A stretch of 64,000 nucleotides of DNA from a virus (IMGVR_UViG_3300032240_001531:1-64000), one strand, 5' to 3'; positions 36,243 through 47,419 are shown, counted from the stretch's first letter. The notes: generated by a model not told the origin, from the sequence alone. Program-made: numbers and translations.

Positions 36243-38482
36243 TGGCTACTAACGTTAGCGTTACTAAAAACTATATTCCGCAAATTGACTACGTCTCACG
36301 TGACTATACAGCAATTTTAACGGACTTAACTGCTATCGCTAAGCAATTCAACCCTACCTGGGCTGTTAGCGACCCTAGTGATATTGGTGTAGCACTCCTT
36401 GAAACATTTGCATACCTTGGCGACATTCTTAGCTTTTACACTGACCGCATGGCTTCTGAAGGGTTTTTAGGTACCGCTAGCCAACGCGCCAGCGTTTTGC
36501 AAATTGCAAACATGCTTGGATATACTCCTACCCCAAGTAGCGCAGCTACTGTATCTTTATCTATTAAAAACAATAACACTAGCGGAACTTTAACAATTCC
36601 GGCGGGTACTCAAGTTGCTTCTACAACCAATGTTAATGGGCAAAGCACTCAAGTAGTATTTGAGCTTGACTCTGATGTGTCTGTAGCGTTTGGTGCTACA
36701 GTCAATACAACTGCTACTCAAGGCATTACAACTACTGACGAATCACTTGGAACCTCTAATGGAACACCAAGTCAAGTATTTAAGATTTCTCAAGCTGGCG
36801 TCGTAATTAATAGCACTGGAAGTAATATTACTGTCAAAGTTGGCGGTGTTCCGTATACATACAGTTCTGCTCTTGTAGACAATAACCCTTATGATTCGTC
36901 TTTTACAACAAACATGGACTCAGATGGCTATACCTACATCGTGTTTGGTGACGGAGTTGGTGGACGTATTCCACCCGCAACTTACACAATTACGGTTACC
37001 TACCGTACCGGAGTTGGTTCAGCCGGAAATATTGCTTTAGGTTCTTTAGCTGAAAAAACTCTTACTGGTAGCTACAACGTAACTGTTGCTCAGCTTAACG
37101 CTGGTACTGGTGGCGCAGACCTTGAGTCTACTGACTCTATTAGAGTTAACGCACCTAGAGCATTAAGAACTTTACGTCGTGCAGTGTCTTTAAAAGATTA
37201 TGGTTATCTGGCTCTTCAAGTAACTGGAGTATCTAAAGCTAACGCAGATGCTTCTGTCTGGTCTAGCGTAAATCTATATATAGCACCTTTTAGCAGTAGT
37301 GCTGTAAATACCTATGGCCCATTTACTAATGTTACTGCTGTAGCTGAAACGGCAAGCGATAGTACTGCCGGTACGGGTTATCTAACTTACACTATTGCAA
37401 CTACAGGCCTTGTTACTAATCAAAGCTACGTAACAGTTACGGGATGTACCTGGGCTACTTATGACATAGTCACCCCTACCATGGTTACATATGCAGACAC
37501 TACAAAATTTACTGTGGCTAAGCCTTCTGGAATTACCACACTTCCTAATAAATCAGGAGTTACTGCCGGCCCTAATGCTATAGTTACTGCTACTGGCGGT
37601 AACACTGACGCTTTTACTACTCTTAAAACAGATGTAGTTAACTACTTTACAGATAAAGTTGCACCTAACGTTAGCTTATCTGTATTACCCCCTACATATG
37701 TTCCTGTTAACCTTAATATGACTTTGCACGTGCTGCCACAATACAGCCAAGCATCAGTAGTAACCCAAGTTCAAAATGCCCTATCTAATTTAGTTTCTTA
37801 CAATAACTCATTTTTTGCTGATAGGGTTCCTCCGCACTTTGTTCTAAATGCTATTACAAATATTGACGGTGTTGACTATGCCACTATTGAACACTTACGT
37901 AAAAACTCTAATGAACAACGCTATTGGGTTTATTACTACACTCGTACTGCTGGTACTGCCACATTATTTTTTCCAAATAACCACAACATTATTGCAGGAC
38001 AAATAATCACAATATCTGGCGTATCTACTTTTGACGGCACATACGCCGTAAACTCCGTCACTACTAACTCAGTAACAATTACAGTACCTGCGGGTACAGC
38101 AACACCTTCGGGAGTTACATCATCAGCTGTGACGGTTCCTGGAACTAATACAATTCCTATTACAACCCCTGCTTCTAAAGGAATTGTAGCTGGTATGTAT
38201 GTTACTGGAACTAACGTACCTACTGGCACATACAACCCAGCAATAGTTACATCGGTTGGTGCAAGCTCAATTACTATTGATCAAACTATTGGTTCTGTTA
38301 CAGCAAGCGGTACAGCTCTTTCATTTAGCTGGCCTCCTAGCACATACTTAAACTTAGCTTCTGTAACAGCAATAGATTCAACTACTTCAAATGGAGTTGT
38401 TACATCTGGAATTGTTTGTGCCGCTAATGAAATTCCTATTAAAGGTACATTCACTATTGCTGCTACTGGCGGACTTCAATAA
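36242..38482 (+). CDS. Baseplate J/gp6-like wedge protein
   Basis: IDYVSRDY, FGDGV.GRIP, RAVSLKDY. Confidence 0.9.
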   Translation: MATNVSVTKNYIPQIDYVSRDYTAILTDLTAIAKQFNPTWAVSDPSDIGVALLETFAYLGDILSFYTDRMASEGFLGTASQRASVLQIANMLGYTPTPSSAATVSLSIKNNNTSGTLTIPAGTQVASTTNVNGQSTQVVFELDSDVSVAFGATVNTTATQGITTTDESLGTSNGTPSQVFKISQAGVVINSTGSNITVKVGGVPYTYSSALVDNNPYDSSFTTNMDSDGYTYIVFGDGVGGRIPPATYTITVTYRTGVGSAGNIALGSLAEKTLTGSYNVTVAQLNAGTGGADLESTDSIRVNAPRALRTLRRAVSLKDYGYLALQVTGVSKANADASVWSSVNLYIAPFSSSAVNTYGPFTNVTAVAETASDSTAGTGYLTYTIATTGLVTNQSYVTVTGCTWATYDIVTPTMVTYADTTKFTVAKPSGITTLPNKSGVTAGPNAIVTATGGNTDAFTTLKTDVVNYFTDKVAPNVSLSVLPPTYVPVNLNMTLHVLPQYSQASVVTQVQNALSNLVSYNNSFFADRVPPHFVLNAITNIDGVDYATIEHLRKNSNEQRYWVYYYTRTAGTATLFFPNNHNIIAGQIITISGVSTFDGTYAVNSVTTNSVTITVPAGTATPSGVTSSAVTVPGTNTIPITTPASKGIVAGMYVTGTNVPTGTYNPAIVTSVGASSITIDQTIGSVTASGTALSFSWPPSTYLNLASVTAIDSTTSNGVVTSGIVCAANEIPIKGTFTIAATGGLQ

Positions 38483-38496
38483 AGGAGAATAAATAA

Positions 38497-39201
38497 ATGG
38501 CAACTTATCCAAGTGCATTAACAACCTATACTAATAAAGTAGATGGTGTCGACATAGTATTAGCTAATGATATGAACAGCGTTCAAGGAGAAATCCAAGC
38601 AATTGAAGGCGAACTTGGCACCAACCCAAGAACTTCTACCATAGGTAATACCGCTGGTAGTTTTGTTTCTAATTTAAATTCAACAGTAGCTGCAAGATTA
38701 TCTAATATAGAAGCTGGACTTACTGGGGGTACTTCAGATGGCTCACGTATTGGATATACACAACTTGCTACTGGTTCTTTAGCTAGCACCTCAACCTCAG
38801 TTTCAGTCACTACTACGGGATATAATAAAGTAGTTGTAATTATTTATGTCGCTACCATAGGTTCTGGAACTCAAATTCTTATGAACGCTAATAGCTCTAC
38901 TTTACAAAAATTTGGTAGGTTTAACTTTGCTGCTTCTCCACCTGTTGTAGGAGATAACGCTGCTACTACTGGTCTTCCAATAAGTAATGGTGCGGCTCCT
39001 GCTAGCGGTGACGTAATACAAGCAGAAATTTATAACGCATCTGCATCTGGTACTAAACCAGTTAACTGGACAAACGCACTTGGTTGGGGAGCTGGTTCAT
39101 ATATTTCTGGTGGAACAATTACTGGAGCAATTACAAACATTACTTTTTCTCATACCACTGCCCCTACTACATCGACATATTATATCTACGGCGTTAAGTA
39201 A
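38497..39201 (+). CDS. Short tail fibre-like protein
   Basis: A.DMNSVQGEIQAIE.ELG fibre anchor and beta-rich C-terminus. Confidence 0.55.
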   Translation: MATYPSALTTYTNKVDGVDIVLANDMNSVQGEIQAIEGELGTNPRTSTIGNTAGSFVSNLNSTVAARLSNIEAGLTGGTSDGSRIGYTQLATGSLASTSTSVSVTTTGYNKVVVIIYVATIGSGTQILMNANSSTLQKFGRFNFAASPPVVGDNAATTGLPISNGAAPASGDVIQAEIYNASASGTKPVNWTNALGWGAGSYISGGTITGAITNITFSHTTAPTTSTYYIYGVK

Positions 39202-39212
39202 TAGGTAAATAA

Positions 39213-42200
39213 ATGACAGTTTATGGTTCTAGGGTATATAGGTCTTTTAGGTATGGAGTTGGTTCTACCACTGATATAAGCGTATACCCTTTTACAGCAC
39301 AGTCTTTAGACTATGGGACTATTAAACTATCTTGGGTATACCCAACTCCAACTTCTAATTTTACAACATTTTTACTAGTAAGGAATCCTTCCGGTTTTCC
39401 AATTACCCCGGATGGTGGGGATTTAATTTATAAAAGTTCTAAAACTGCGTTGGCAACTGCGGGCGGTCTTTTAGCAACTAAAACATCAGTAAGTTCTTCG
39501 GGAACTACTTTTACTGTGTCTAATACAACAGGATTATCTAAAGGGCAATCTATATTTGTTACTGCGGGTACGGGGACATTAAGTTCGGCTGGTTACACTG
39601 TAATTACCTCAATAGATACTACTGCTTCTACATTTACAGTTAATTTAGCCCCTACAGTTCCATTATCCGGAGCAACCATTACAGTTTATGGTTGCTATCT
39701 TGATAGTGCTGTTCCTATTACAGATACAGGTTCTTTTTACGATCCTATTACCGGCTCTGCAACTACTACTTATACATCTATCACTACGGGCACAGTAGAT
39801 GCTAGCATTTACGTAACTCTTACTGCGGCTAATGCAAATATTAAAGTTGGTCAACTAGTTACTTATACTGCGTCTGGATATTTAACTGGAGCTAACGCTG
39901 GCAGTGGAATTATCGGAAACACTACAGTTGCTGCAATTAATGGAACTACTTTAACTTTAAGCAAACCCGCTTATATTCCAAGCGGAACTACTTTAACATT
40001 TTCTCCAACATTCTTAACTCCAGGTAAGTCCTATTACTATTCCGCTTTTGTTTACACAAATAGTTATTGGCAACGTGTTGGAACTGCCATGGGTACATCT
40101 ATTAAGGACTATAATACCGCTAATGTAATGTATAACTCCTTGCCTCAAGTTTACTTATCTTCCTCAACTAGCTCTAATAAAAATAATGACTTATATAACT
40201 TATTAAGAGTTATTGGTGTTCAGTATGACCTCATTAAAACAAAAGTAGAAAACGCTAAAAATAGATACGATGTAAATAATTTAGACGGCAAGTTATTGCC
40301 AGCTCTTATGGACCAAATGGGCTTTTCATATGAGAGCGGATTAGGCATACAACAAAGCAGAAGAATGCTTAATAACGCTGATTATATCTACCTTAATAAA
40401 GGAACTGGCCAAGGCGTAAAACAATTTGTTACTTCATTTACCGGTTACCCGGCGACTATTAACCCCTTTAAGAACTTATTTTTGACACTTGATTGTGCTT
40501 CTTTTGAAGCATCTGATGGGTACTGGAGTACTAGCGGAAACGCTATAACGGCCGTAAATACTACCCCGACTTTAGAGGGAGGAAGCCCAGCAGCTTACGC
40601 CGAATCTAATTCTCCTACTGGTTATGCAAATAGTCGTCTTGGTTATTTAAAAGCTACTATAACTGCAACAGGTGGTCAATCGGCATGGGAACTATCATAT
40701 GGAACATCTCCCGATAGTGTTAATGTACCAATTACCTCATCATTTACAACTACAACTACAACTACCGGAGCTATCACTTCCTCTACCAATATCACTCTTG
40801 CTTCTGCCGCAGGTGTGGTTGTAGGTCAAAAAGTTTCTGTATCTGCTGGTACTGGTGTGCTTGGTACCGGCGCAATTGTGACATCTGTCATAGGTTCGGT
40901 AATTCAAGTTAGCGTTGGTTCTACTACTAACTTTGCTAGCGGAGATACTTTACGTTTTGATACAACTGCATCTAATAACGTTACTGATGGTTGGGGCATT
41001 ACTACCCTCACTACTTCTAAAGAACACGGTTTTTCTGTTGGACAATCTATAGTTCTTCAAGGAATGTCCCCAAATTATATAAACGGTATTTTTAAAATTA
41101 TTGCTGTCCCTAACTCAAAATCTTTTACTTTTTACAATGCAGCGGCTGCAAGTGCCGGTCCAAGTGCTGGCGTAATTACAATTGTTCCGGTAGGGGATGT
41201 TGGAATAGTTAATTTGTATGATCCTGTACTCTATGGAATACCTATTTCCTCTAGCACAAGTCATAAATTTTCTTTTTATGTATACGCCCCGTCTGCACGT
41301 TTTATTGATTCCGGTATTAAATGGTACGACAAAAATGGGACGTTTATATCTACTGGAACTAGCAGTTCTTCAGTTACTACCACAAATACATGGACTCAAT
41401 TAAGCCATACTTCATCATCTCCTAGTTATGCTGCCTACGGTGTTCCGTTTATAAAATTACTTAATACTACAGGCGCTGGTGTTCCAACAGCTATGACTGT
41501 CGGAGAAAAATATTATTTTGATGCTTTGCAGTTTGAGGCAACTCCTTTTTCTACAAAATACTATGACCCTAGACGTGTAGACATTTACCTAAGCGCTCCT
41601 AGAATAAATCAAATTATTAACCCGGGATTTGAAACAGATAAAACAAATTGGGCCGCCACTGGTACATCCGCGTTTAATACAACTACATCCGCAGGTAATA
41701 TATATCCTACTAGTGTTGACGGTTTAGGAGTAGCCGTAAGCACTAGAGCAATATTTATGGTAGCAAACGCTCTTACTAGTACTCTTGCACCTACTAGCCC
41801 TATTACGGTAACAGGAAACACTAAGTACGCGTTTAGTGTTTATGTAAAAGGGTCTAATATTAATGATACAGTTACAGCTACTATTGTTTGGAAAGACTCT
41901 GGCGGTACTACTTTACAAACTGATACTTCAGCTACATTAGCTTTACCTACTTCTAATTTTACTCGTTTGTCATTAGCACCTACTTCTGGCTCTACACAAA
42001 TGATTTCTCCAGCAACTGCTACGACAGCAACGCTTACATTAACTTTTGGCGGATTTAGCCCATATGGGCATACTTATTATGTAGATTCCGTACTATTTGA
42101 GGCGAGCGCCACAGTAAATGCTTATTTTGATGGTGGTACTGGTTACAATAACACGGATGATTTAATTTGGGAGCAAAATGCTGCTGGAACTAAGGGCACT

Positions 42201-42329
42201 TCGGAAACAGGTAGAAGCCTTTATTACCCTAACAGATTATTAACCCAAAATCGTTTAAACGCTGTACTAGCTGACTATCTACCTCTAGGCTCTACTTACG
42301 CGGTATTTATTGGTACTACCGCTACTTGA
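39213..42329 (+). CDS. Baseplate wedge/tail protein (P2 gpI-like core) with carbohydrate-binding-like modules
   Basis: LLPALMDQMG, YLNKGT.QG core; NQIINPGFE and YFDALQFE CBM-like motifs. Confidence 0.7.
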   Translation: MTVYGSRVYRSFRYGVGSTTDISVYPFTAQSLDYGTIKLSWVYPTPTSNFTTFLLVRNPSGFPITPDGGDLIYKSSKTALATAGGLLATKTSVSSSGTTFTVSNTTGLSKGQSIFVTAGTGTLSSAGYTVITSIDTTASTFTVNLAPTVPLSGATITVYGCYLDSAVPITDTGSFYDPITGSATTTYTSITTGTVDASIYVTLTAANANIKVGQLVTYTASGYLTGANAGSGIIGNTTVAAINGTTLTLSKPAYIPSGTTLTFSPTFLTPGKSYYYSAFVYTNSYWQRVGTAMGTSIKDYNTANVMYNSLPQVYLSSSTSSNKNNDLYNLLRVIGVQYDLIKTKVENAKNRYDVNNLDGKLLPALMDQMGFSYESGLGIQQSRRMLNNADYIYLNKGTGQGVKQFVTSFTGYPATINPFKNLFLTLDCASFEASDGYWSTSGNAITAVNTTPTLEGGSPAAYAESNSPTGYANSRLGYLKATITATGGQSAWELSYGTSPDSVNVPITSSFTTTTTTTGAITSSTNITLASAAGVVVGQKVSVSAGTGVLGTGAIVTSVIGSVIQVSVGSTTNFASGDTLRFDTTASNNVTDGWGITTLTTSKEHGFSVGQSIVLQGMSPNYINGIFKIIAVPNSKSFTFYNAAAASAGPSAGVITIVPVGDVGIVNLYDPVLYGIPISSSTSHKFSFYVYAPSARFIDSGIKWYDKNGTFISTGTSSSSVTTTNTWTQLSHTSSSPSYAAYGVPFIKLLNTTGAGVPTAMTVGEKYYFDALQFEATPFSTKYYDPRRVDIYLSAPRINQIINPGFETDKTNWAATGTSAFNTTTSAGNIYPTSVDGLGVAVSTRAIFMVANALTSTLAPTSPITVTGNTKYAFSVYVKGSNINDTVTATIVWKDSGGTTLQTDTSATLALPTSNFTRLSLAPTSGSTQMISPATATTATLTLTFGGFSPYGHTYYVDSVLFEASATVNAYFDGGTGYNNTDDLIWEQNAAGTKGTSETGRSLYYPNRLLTQNRLNAVLADYLPLGSTYAVFIGTTAT

Positions 42330-42353
42330 CGTTTTTTAATTCTTCTGTATACT
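42326..42353 (+). promoter_or_regulatory. Housekeeping-sigma promoter for the replication operon
   Basis: TTGACG-16-TATACT, then AGGAGG RBS. Confidence 0.7.
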
Positions 42354-42379
42354 AATACTTCCGTTCATAGGAGGTAATT

Positions 42380-42988
42380 ATGAGACGAGTAACCATCGCG
42401 GTTATGGGTAATGGTAAAACAACCCGGGCTAACGTAGAGGCCCTTATTAGTGATGTTGTAGATTCAGTTGATGAAGCAACTATCGCTATTGTATATAATG
42501 AAAAAAAGTCTGATGGAGTCGAATGGACTTATCAATACGCAATCGATAAAGAACTACCAATTCTTGATTATTCTAGGAATAATTATGAAGAACTTCTGGT
42601 TGATAATACTAAGGAAGAGCTTAGATTCTTCGCCTTATGGGATGACGACGACTCAGAATGTCAAGCCGCTGCTGCAATAGCTCAGCAACACAATATCCCT
42701 GTTTATGACCTTACAAACGGTCTTATGCTAATACCTTTAAGCCAAGGAACTATCGCAAGTCCCCCACGCGTTGTAATGCCGGTGGTAGAGACTCAAATAA
42801 CTGAGGAGCCTGCCCCCGCAGAAAAAGTAGTTAAAGCTATTACAGAAGCTTTGCCTGATGATGAAGAAGATGAAGCATATGACAGCGAGTACGACCTAGA
42901 AGAGAATTTGGTTGTGCTAATGTCAGAGATGGGTAAGATTTTTGCCCGATCATTTGCTAAAGAATTTAAGCGCATCATCAAGGAATAG
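42380..42988 (+). CDS. Hypothetical protein, possible SLOG/Rossmann-like N-terminus
   Basis: IAVMGNG...A.QHNIPVY; acidic C-terminus. Confidence 0.55.
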   Translation: MRRVTIAVMGNGKTTRANVEALISDVVDSVDEATIAIVYNEKKSDGVEWTYQYAIDKELPILDYSRNNYEELLVDNTKEELRFFALWDDDDSECQAAAAIAQQHNIPVYDLTNGLMLIPLSQGTIASPPRVVMPVVETQITEEPAPAEKVVKAITEALPDDEEDEAYDSEYDLEENLVVLMSEMGKIFARSFAKEFKRIIKE

Positions 42989-42989
42989 C

Positions 42990-43862
42990 ATGTCTATCAA
43001 TATTAGTCGGCAGGCACAGGACTGCCTAGCTTTCCTATACCTGAATCCAACTCTTATAATAAATCACCGTACCCTAATGGAACACAAAGGCTTGAGCAGA
43101 CGCAAGAGCCTATCTGTTTTACAGGAATTACGAGACGCAAACTGCATCAAAATGACTAGAATAGTTGGTGCAGGTACTAAAACTAAAGTGGTAATGTCTG
43201 ACGTGACCAAATCGGTCATATCAGGTTATCGCCATATAGCAGTACAGCTAGTAAGCCATATTTCTAATAGCAATACAGCTAGTACTACTAATATAGCTAC
43301 AAATAAATTCCTCGACGAGGTCGAGGGGAAGGAAGAAGAAGTGGGTTATGAGTACTTTAAAAAGATGTCGTCTCCAGATGACGATACTCTGGCGGACCGC
43401 GCAAAGCATCTGGCACAGAAGAAAGCCGAGTACGTGGAGATTCGCGAGGCTAAGGCGCAAAAACGCAAAGACCAGCACCGCTCTAAGATTTCTCCAGCAG
43501 ACTGGACATGCAAAGACGTTGCCTATGAGTTTGGCGACCGAATGGCCGACATATGGTCAATCAAGCCATTCAGTGTCACTCAGTCCAGGTTTGTACAGGC
43601 ACTCTCGGTATTCCGGAAACAACATGATACGAACGGTGAAGTGGAGCTCAAGATTATCGAGTTATTCTTCAGCACCCTCAAGTCCGAAAAGTACACTGAC
43701 GGAAATCACCTTTGGAGAGCTTTCCTCTACAAAGCCCCCAGTTTGCTAATGCAGGCTCGTGAGAGTATCATCACGGTAGAGCAGATGGAAACTAACATTA
43801 TTCGTGACCAAGAGCTAACTAACCGTAAGCTTGCTCTGCTAGACGAGGACGAAAATGTATAA
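42990..43862 (+). CDS. Putative replication initiator (N-terminal HTH)
   Basis: GLSRRKSLSVLQEL HTH-like segment; precedes DnaC-like ATPase. Confidence 0.55.
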   Translation: MSINISRQAQDCLAFLYLNPTLIINHRTLMEHKGLSRRKSLSVLQELRDANCIKMTRIVGAGTKTKVVMSDVTKSVISGYRHIAVQLVSHISNSNTASTTNIATNKFLDEVEGKEEEVGYEYFKKMSSPDDDTLADRAKHLAQKKAEYVEIREAKAQKRKDQHRSKISPADWTCKDVAYEFGDRMADIWSIKPFSVTQSRFVQALSVFRKQHDTNGEVELKIIELFFSTLKSEKYTDGNHLWRAFLYKAPSLLMQARESIITVEQMETNIIRDQELTNRKLALLDEDENV

Positions 43863-44541
43863 GCCAAACGATTTGCCGGCCCGTAGACGGACCTGGGTTA
43901 AGATTGCGAGTATACCCCCAGCCAAGCTTGGTTGGACCCTTGAGGACTGTTCTGACGTCTCTGCGGATGTAATGACGGCCGTCTCTAAGTGGTTTTCAGC
44001 AGTAACAGCCGACAAAGTAATTAGAGCCGAAGGTAAGCAAACTTGTGGCCTTGGTTTAATGCTTTATGGACTTCCAGGTCGCGGTAAGACCACAATGGCT
44101 AATACCTTGATTCAGGAAGTGCTTCGTAAAGCAGCTCCAGAAATTTTAGGTATGGAACCAGGAAAAACTGTTTCTCGCCCTTGCTATTTCATAACATACA
44201 ACGGGCTACTAGACCTTAAGGGCGCAATCATGGAAGACCATGAGAGCGATGATGAGTTGCTTTACAACGGCATACTTGGCGAGGCATATGATGATGCTTA
44301 CAACGTCCGTGTTCTAGTCCTAGATGATGTCGGTAAAGAGCACGCTAGTGCTTCAGGTTGGCAGAAGAATATGCTTCACCACGTTCTTAGAACAAGATTT
44401 AATAACGGCCTTCCTACTATTGTCACTACTAATATCAAGATGGATGACTGGGAAGCTCACTATGGGTCTGCAACTCAGTCGTTTGTTCACGAAGCTTTTA
44501 TTTATGTGAACATGGATTCATCTGCCGATTTAAGGAAGTAG
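43855..44541 (+). CDS. DnaC/IstB-like AAA+ helicase loader
   Basis: GLPGRGKT, LVLDDVGKE, R....LPTIVTTN. Confidence 0.85.
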   Translation: MYKPNDLPARRRTWVKIASIPPAKLGWTLEDCSDVSADVMTAVSKWFSAVTADKVIRAEGKQTCGLGLMLYGLPGRGKTTMANTLIQEVLRKAAPEILGMEPGKTVSRPCYFITYNGLLDLKGAIMEDHESDDELLYNGILGEAYDDAYNVRVLVLDDVGKEHASASGWQKNMLHHVLRTRFNNGLPTIVTTNIKMDDWEAHYGSATQSFVHEAFIYVNMDSSADLRK

Positions 44542-44542
44542 C

Positions 44543-44845
44543 ATGGTTGAAAATAAAAGACTGCTACAAATATTTCTTAGCCATAGGTCAGACAGTCCAG
44601 GTCCAGGTATTTTTGAAGTGAACACTACTCCAGATAAATATTTGTCATGTAATTGTCCAGGATTTGCTGCCAAAGATAGTTGCAAACACACAGCGTTAGT
44701 AGAGCGCAGAATCGAAGAGGGTGGAGGAATGTATCCATTTGATTTTTCTGACAGAGTTAACACAGAACAAATACGAGTTGCAATGAAGACCGAACAAACA
44801 TTTCGCGACTTTATAATTAAGCACGCTAAAGTGGAGATTTACTAA
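44543..44845 (+). CDS. SWIM zinc-finger protein
   Basis: CNCPGF....CKH. Confidence 0.8.
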   Translation: MVENKRLLQIFLSHRSDSPGPGIFEVNTTPDKYLSCNCPGFAAKDSCKHTALVERRIEEGGGMYPFDFSDRVNTEQIRVAMKTEQTFRDFIIKHAKVEIY

Positions 44846-45252
44846 TGCAAGGAAATGACATTAGCAATTCTTTACCGCAACGTGTTATAGTGACTGCTGA
44901 TGTGATTGTAGATATTTACGAGGACAATAGAAAAGTTCTTGGATTTGTGCCAGTTAAAAAAAGACGTAAGGAGTATAACAGGATGGTTCTTAGCCACTTG
45001 TATATGACCACTCTTAGACGCGGCATTACAATGGAGCTTATTAGCTTTACGCATTCAGAAGATGAAGTGATAGAGTTAATGCTTCATTTAGACAAGATCG
45101 GAACGAACCCATTTCGGTACGGCTCGTCTTACAAATCGGTTGATAAGTTAGTTGCAGAACTTCCTTATAGGCCAGAGGTTATTGGTGTAATAGATATACC
45201 ATCGCGACTACTTCGGTACGGTCGATGGGGGATGGATTTTCCTTCATTATGA
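44845..45252 (+). CDS. Hypothetical protein
   Basis: Coupled ORF in replication operon. Confidence 0.7.
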   Translation: MQGNDISNSLPQRVIVTADVIVDIYEDNRKVLGFVPVKKRRKEYNRMVLSHLYMTTLRRGITMELISFTHSEDEVIELMLHLDKIGTNPFRYGSSYKSVDKLVAELPYRPEVIGVIDIPSRLLRYGRWGMDFPSL

Positions 45253-46475
45253 GTACAGAAACAAAATTAATTGGTGCGGCTATCCGTGTCCGCGATCTAT
45301 CCCCGCTGTTTGAACGGGGTGTATCAGATTCGTGGTTTTCTAACGAAGAAGATAAACGTGTATGGTCTTACTTGCGCACGCATTTTGCTAAGTACGGTGA
45401 ATGCCCTAGCGAAGAGGTAATTGCCTCTAACTTTCCTACTTATCGCGTAGCGGAACTAACTGATTCAATTGACTTTCTGCTAGATGACTTAGTAGATAAG
45501 CGCCGTAAACTTTCTATTAGCAATACGCTACGTCTTGCCGTAGAAGCAATTCAAACTGAGAAAGACCACGAAGCCGCATTACTTTTGATGCAGGGCGGTC
45601 TTGTAAAGCTTGAAGAAGAAGGCTTAAATAAAACCTCCGATATCAACTTGATTACAACTACCGAGTCGCGTTGGGAAGATTATTTATTCCGTAAAAACAA
45701 CCCGGGCTTGCTAGGAGTTGCTACTGGTTTTCCTACTATCGATGCGGTAACCAATGGGCTACAGAACGGTCAGTTAATTGTTATCGTAGCTACTCCTAAA
45801 ACTGGTAAGTCAACGCTTGCTTTGCAAATTGCTAATAACATTCATAAACAAGATATGTCACCTATGTTCCAGTCATTTGAGATGACTAACCGTGAACAAC
45901 AGAACCGCTATGACTCTATGCGTGCACTAGTTTCACACAATCGTCTCATCTCAGGTACCCTGACTAAAGATGAAGAAAAGCGATTCCAAGATTCGCTAAT
46001 CTCTATGGCCGATGACCCTACTAACTTTTGGCTTGTAGACGCCGCTCATGGAATTACCGTGTCTGCTATTCAAAGTAAGATTCAGACTCTTAATCCAGAT
46101 GTCGTATTTATTGATGGTGTGTATTTGATGCTAGATGAGCAGACCGGTGAGTCAAATACTCCACAAGCTTTGACTGGTATTACTCGTTCGCTTAAGCGTC
46201 TAGCCCAACGTACAAACAAGCCTATTGTGATTACTACTCAGGCTCTTAACTGGAAAACTAAAAAGGGTAAAGTATCTACCGATTCAATTGGTTATTCATC
46301 ATCATTCTTACAGGATGCTGACGTAGTGTTTGGCCTTGAACGTGAAGACGAGAACGTAGATGATACTAGAACGCTAAAGGTTATGGCTGCTCGTAACAGC
46401 GGTAACGTAGAAGCTTCTTTGATGTGGGACTGGGCCAGCGGTTTATTCCGTGAGATGACAAGCGACGACGTATGA
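45249..46475 (+). CDS. dnaB: Replicative DNA helicase
   Basis: ATPKTGKS, SFEM, FIDGVYLM, QDADVV, ARN. Confidence 0.9.
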   Translation: MSTETKLIGAAIRVRDLSPLFERGVSDSWFSNEEDKRVWSYLRTHFAKYGECPSEEVIASNFPTYRVAELTDSIDFLLDDLVDKRRKLSISNTLRLAVEAIQTEKDHEAALLLMQGGLVKLEEEGLNKTSDINLITTTESRWEDYLFRKNNPGLLGVATGFPTIDAVTNGLQNGQLIVIVATPKTGKSTLALQIANNIHKQDMSPMFQSFEMTNREQQNRYDSMRALVSHNRLISGTLTKDEEKRFQDSLISMADDPTNFWLVDAAHGITVSAIQSKIQTLNPDVVFIDGVYLMLDEQTGESNTPQALTGITRSLKRLAQRTNKPIVITTQALNWKTKKGKVSTDSIGYSSSFLQDADVVFGLEREDENVDDTRTLKVMAARNSGNVEASLMWDWASGLFREMTSDDV

Positions 46476-47419
46476 GACTAGAACAGATGGAAACGGTATT
46501 ACGCCGTTTAGATATTGAACCAGTAAACGCACGCGGGGCAGAGATTCTTGCTTTATGTCCAGGACACAAAGAGATTACTGGTAAAGAAGACCGAAGTCCA
46601 TCATGGTGGATTAACTCCGATACCGGCGCACATATTTGCTTCTCTTGTGGGTTTAAGGGCAACTTGTGGTCACTTATTGCAACTGCACAAGGATTAAAAG
46701 ACGCTAACGGATTTTTAGACTATGCGGATGCTAAAGATTGGCTATATCTTTCGTTTGATAATATACAACTTGGTACTCACGAAGAAGAAGAAATAGAACC
46801 AGTTTTTAAAGAGGTTACAAATATAACTGAGTCTAGACTTGCCTTGTTTACATACCCGCCACAGCACGCATTAACTGCTCGGGGCTTCACGCTACAGGCG
46901 GCTGAAAAACATCAATTGCTTTGGGATACTGCACACTCTAACTGGATTTCAGTCATACGCGACCCGCATTTAAATAAATTGTTAGGTTGGCAGGAAAAAG
47001 GGTTTAGTCGCCGTTATTTCCGAAACTACCCTGTAGGAGTAGAAAAGTCCACTACTTTATTTGGCCTTAACCGATATGCTGGTGGTCGTATGATTGTCGT
47101 AGAATCTCCGTTAGATGTAGTGCGTTTAGAATCAATTGGCGTAACTGGAGCAGTATCTACGTATGGTTCAATGATTTCCAATACCCAAATAGAACTTATT
47201 AAAGAGGCAGATGAAATCCTATTTGCCTTAGATAACGATGAGTCTGGAATTAATGCGTCAAAGAAGATGTTAGAACAAAATTTTGAAGCATGGTATTTTA
47301 ACTATGGCCATACAGATATGAAAGACGTAGGTGCCATGAGCAGATTAGAAATCCTCACAGGTTTAGATAACGCTAAACACTCTGTAAATGGATTAGGAGC
47401 TTTATCATGGGATTCGTAG
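46472..47419 (+). CDS. dnaG: DNA primase (CHC2 Zn finger plus Toprim)
   Basis: CPGH..EDRSPS, CFSCG, VESPLD, DNDESG, KDVG. Confidence 0.9.
   Translation: MRLEQMETVLRRLDIEPVNARGAEILALCPGHKEITGKEDRSPSWWINSDTGAHICFSCGFKGNLWSLIATAQGLKDANGFLDYADAKDWLYLSFDNIQLGTHEEEEIEPVFKEVTNITESRLALFTYPPQHALTARGFTLQAAEKHQLLWDTAHSNWISVIRDPHLNKLLGWQEKGFSRRYFRNYPVGVEKSTTLFGLNRYAGGRMIVVESPLDVVRLESIGVTGAVSTYGSMISNTQIELIKEADEILFALDNDESGINASKKMLEQNFEAWYFNYGHTDMKDVGAMSRLEILTGLDNAKHSVNGLGALSWDS

Noticed and set aside
36242-42329. Diversity-generating retroelement or invertible tail-fibre switch
   Set aside because: No reverse transcriptase or invertase, and no template/variable repeat pair was seen.
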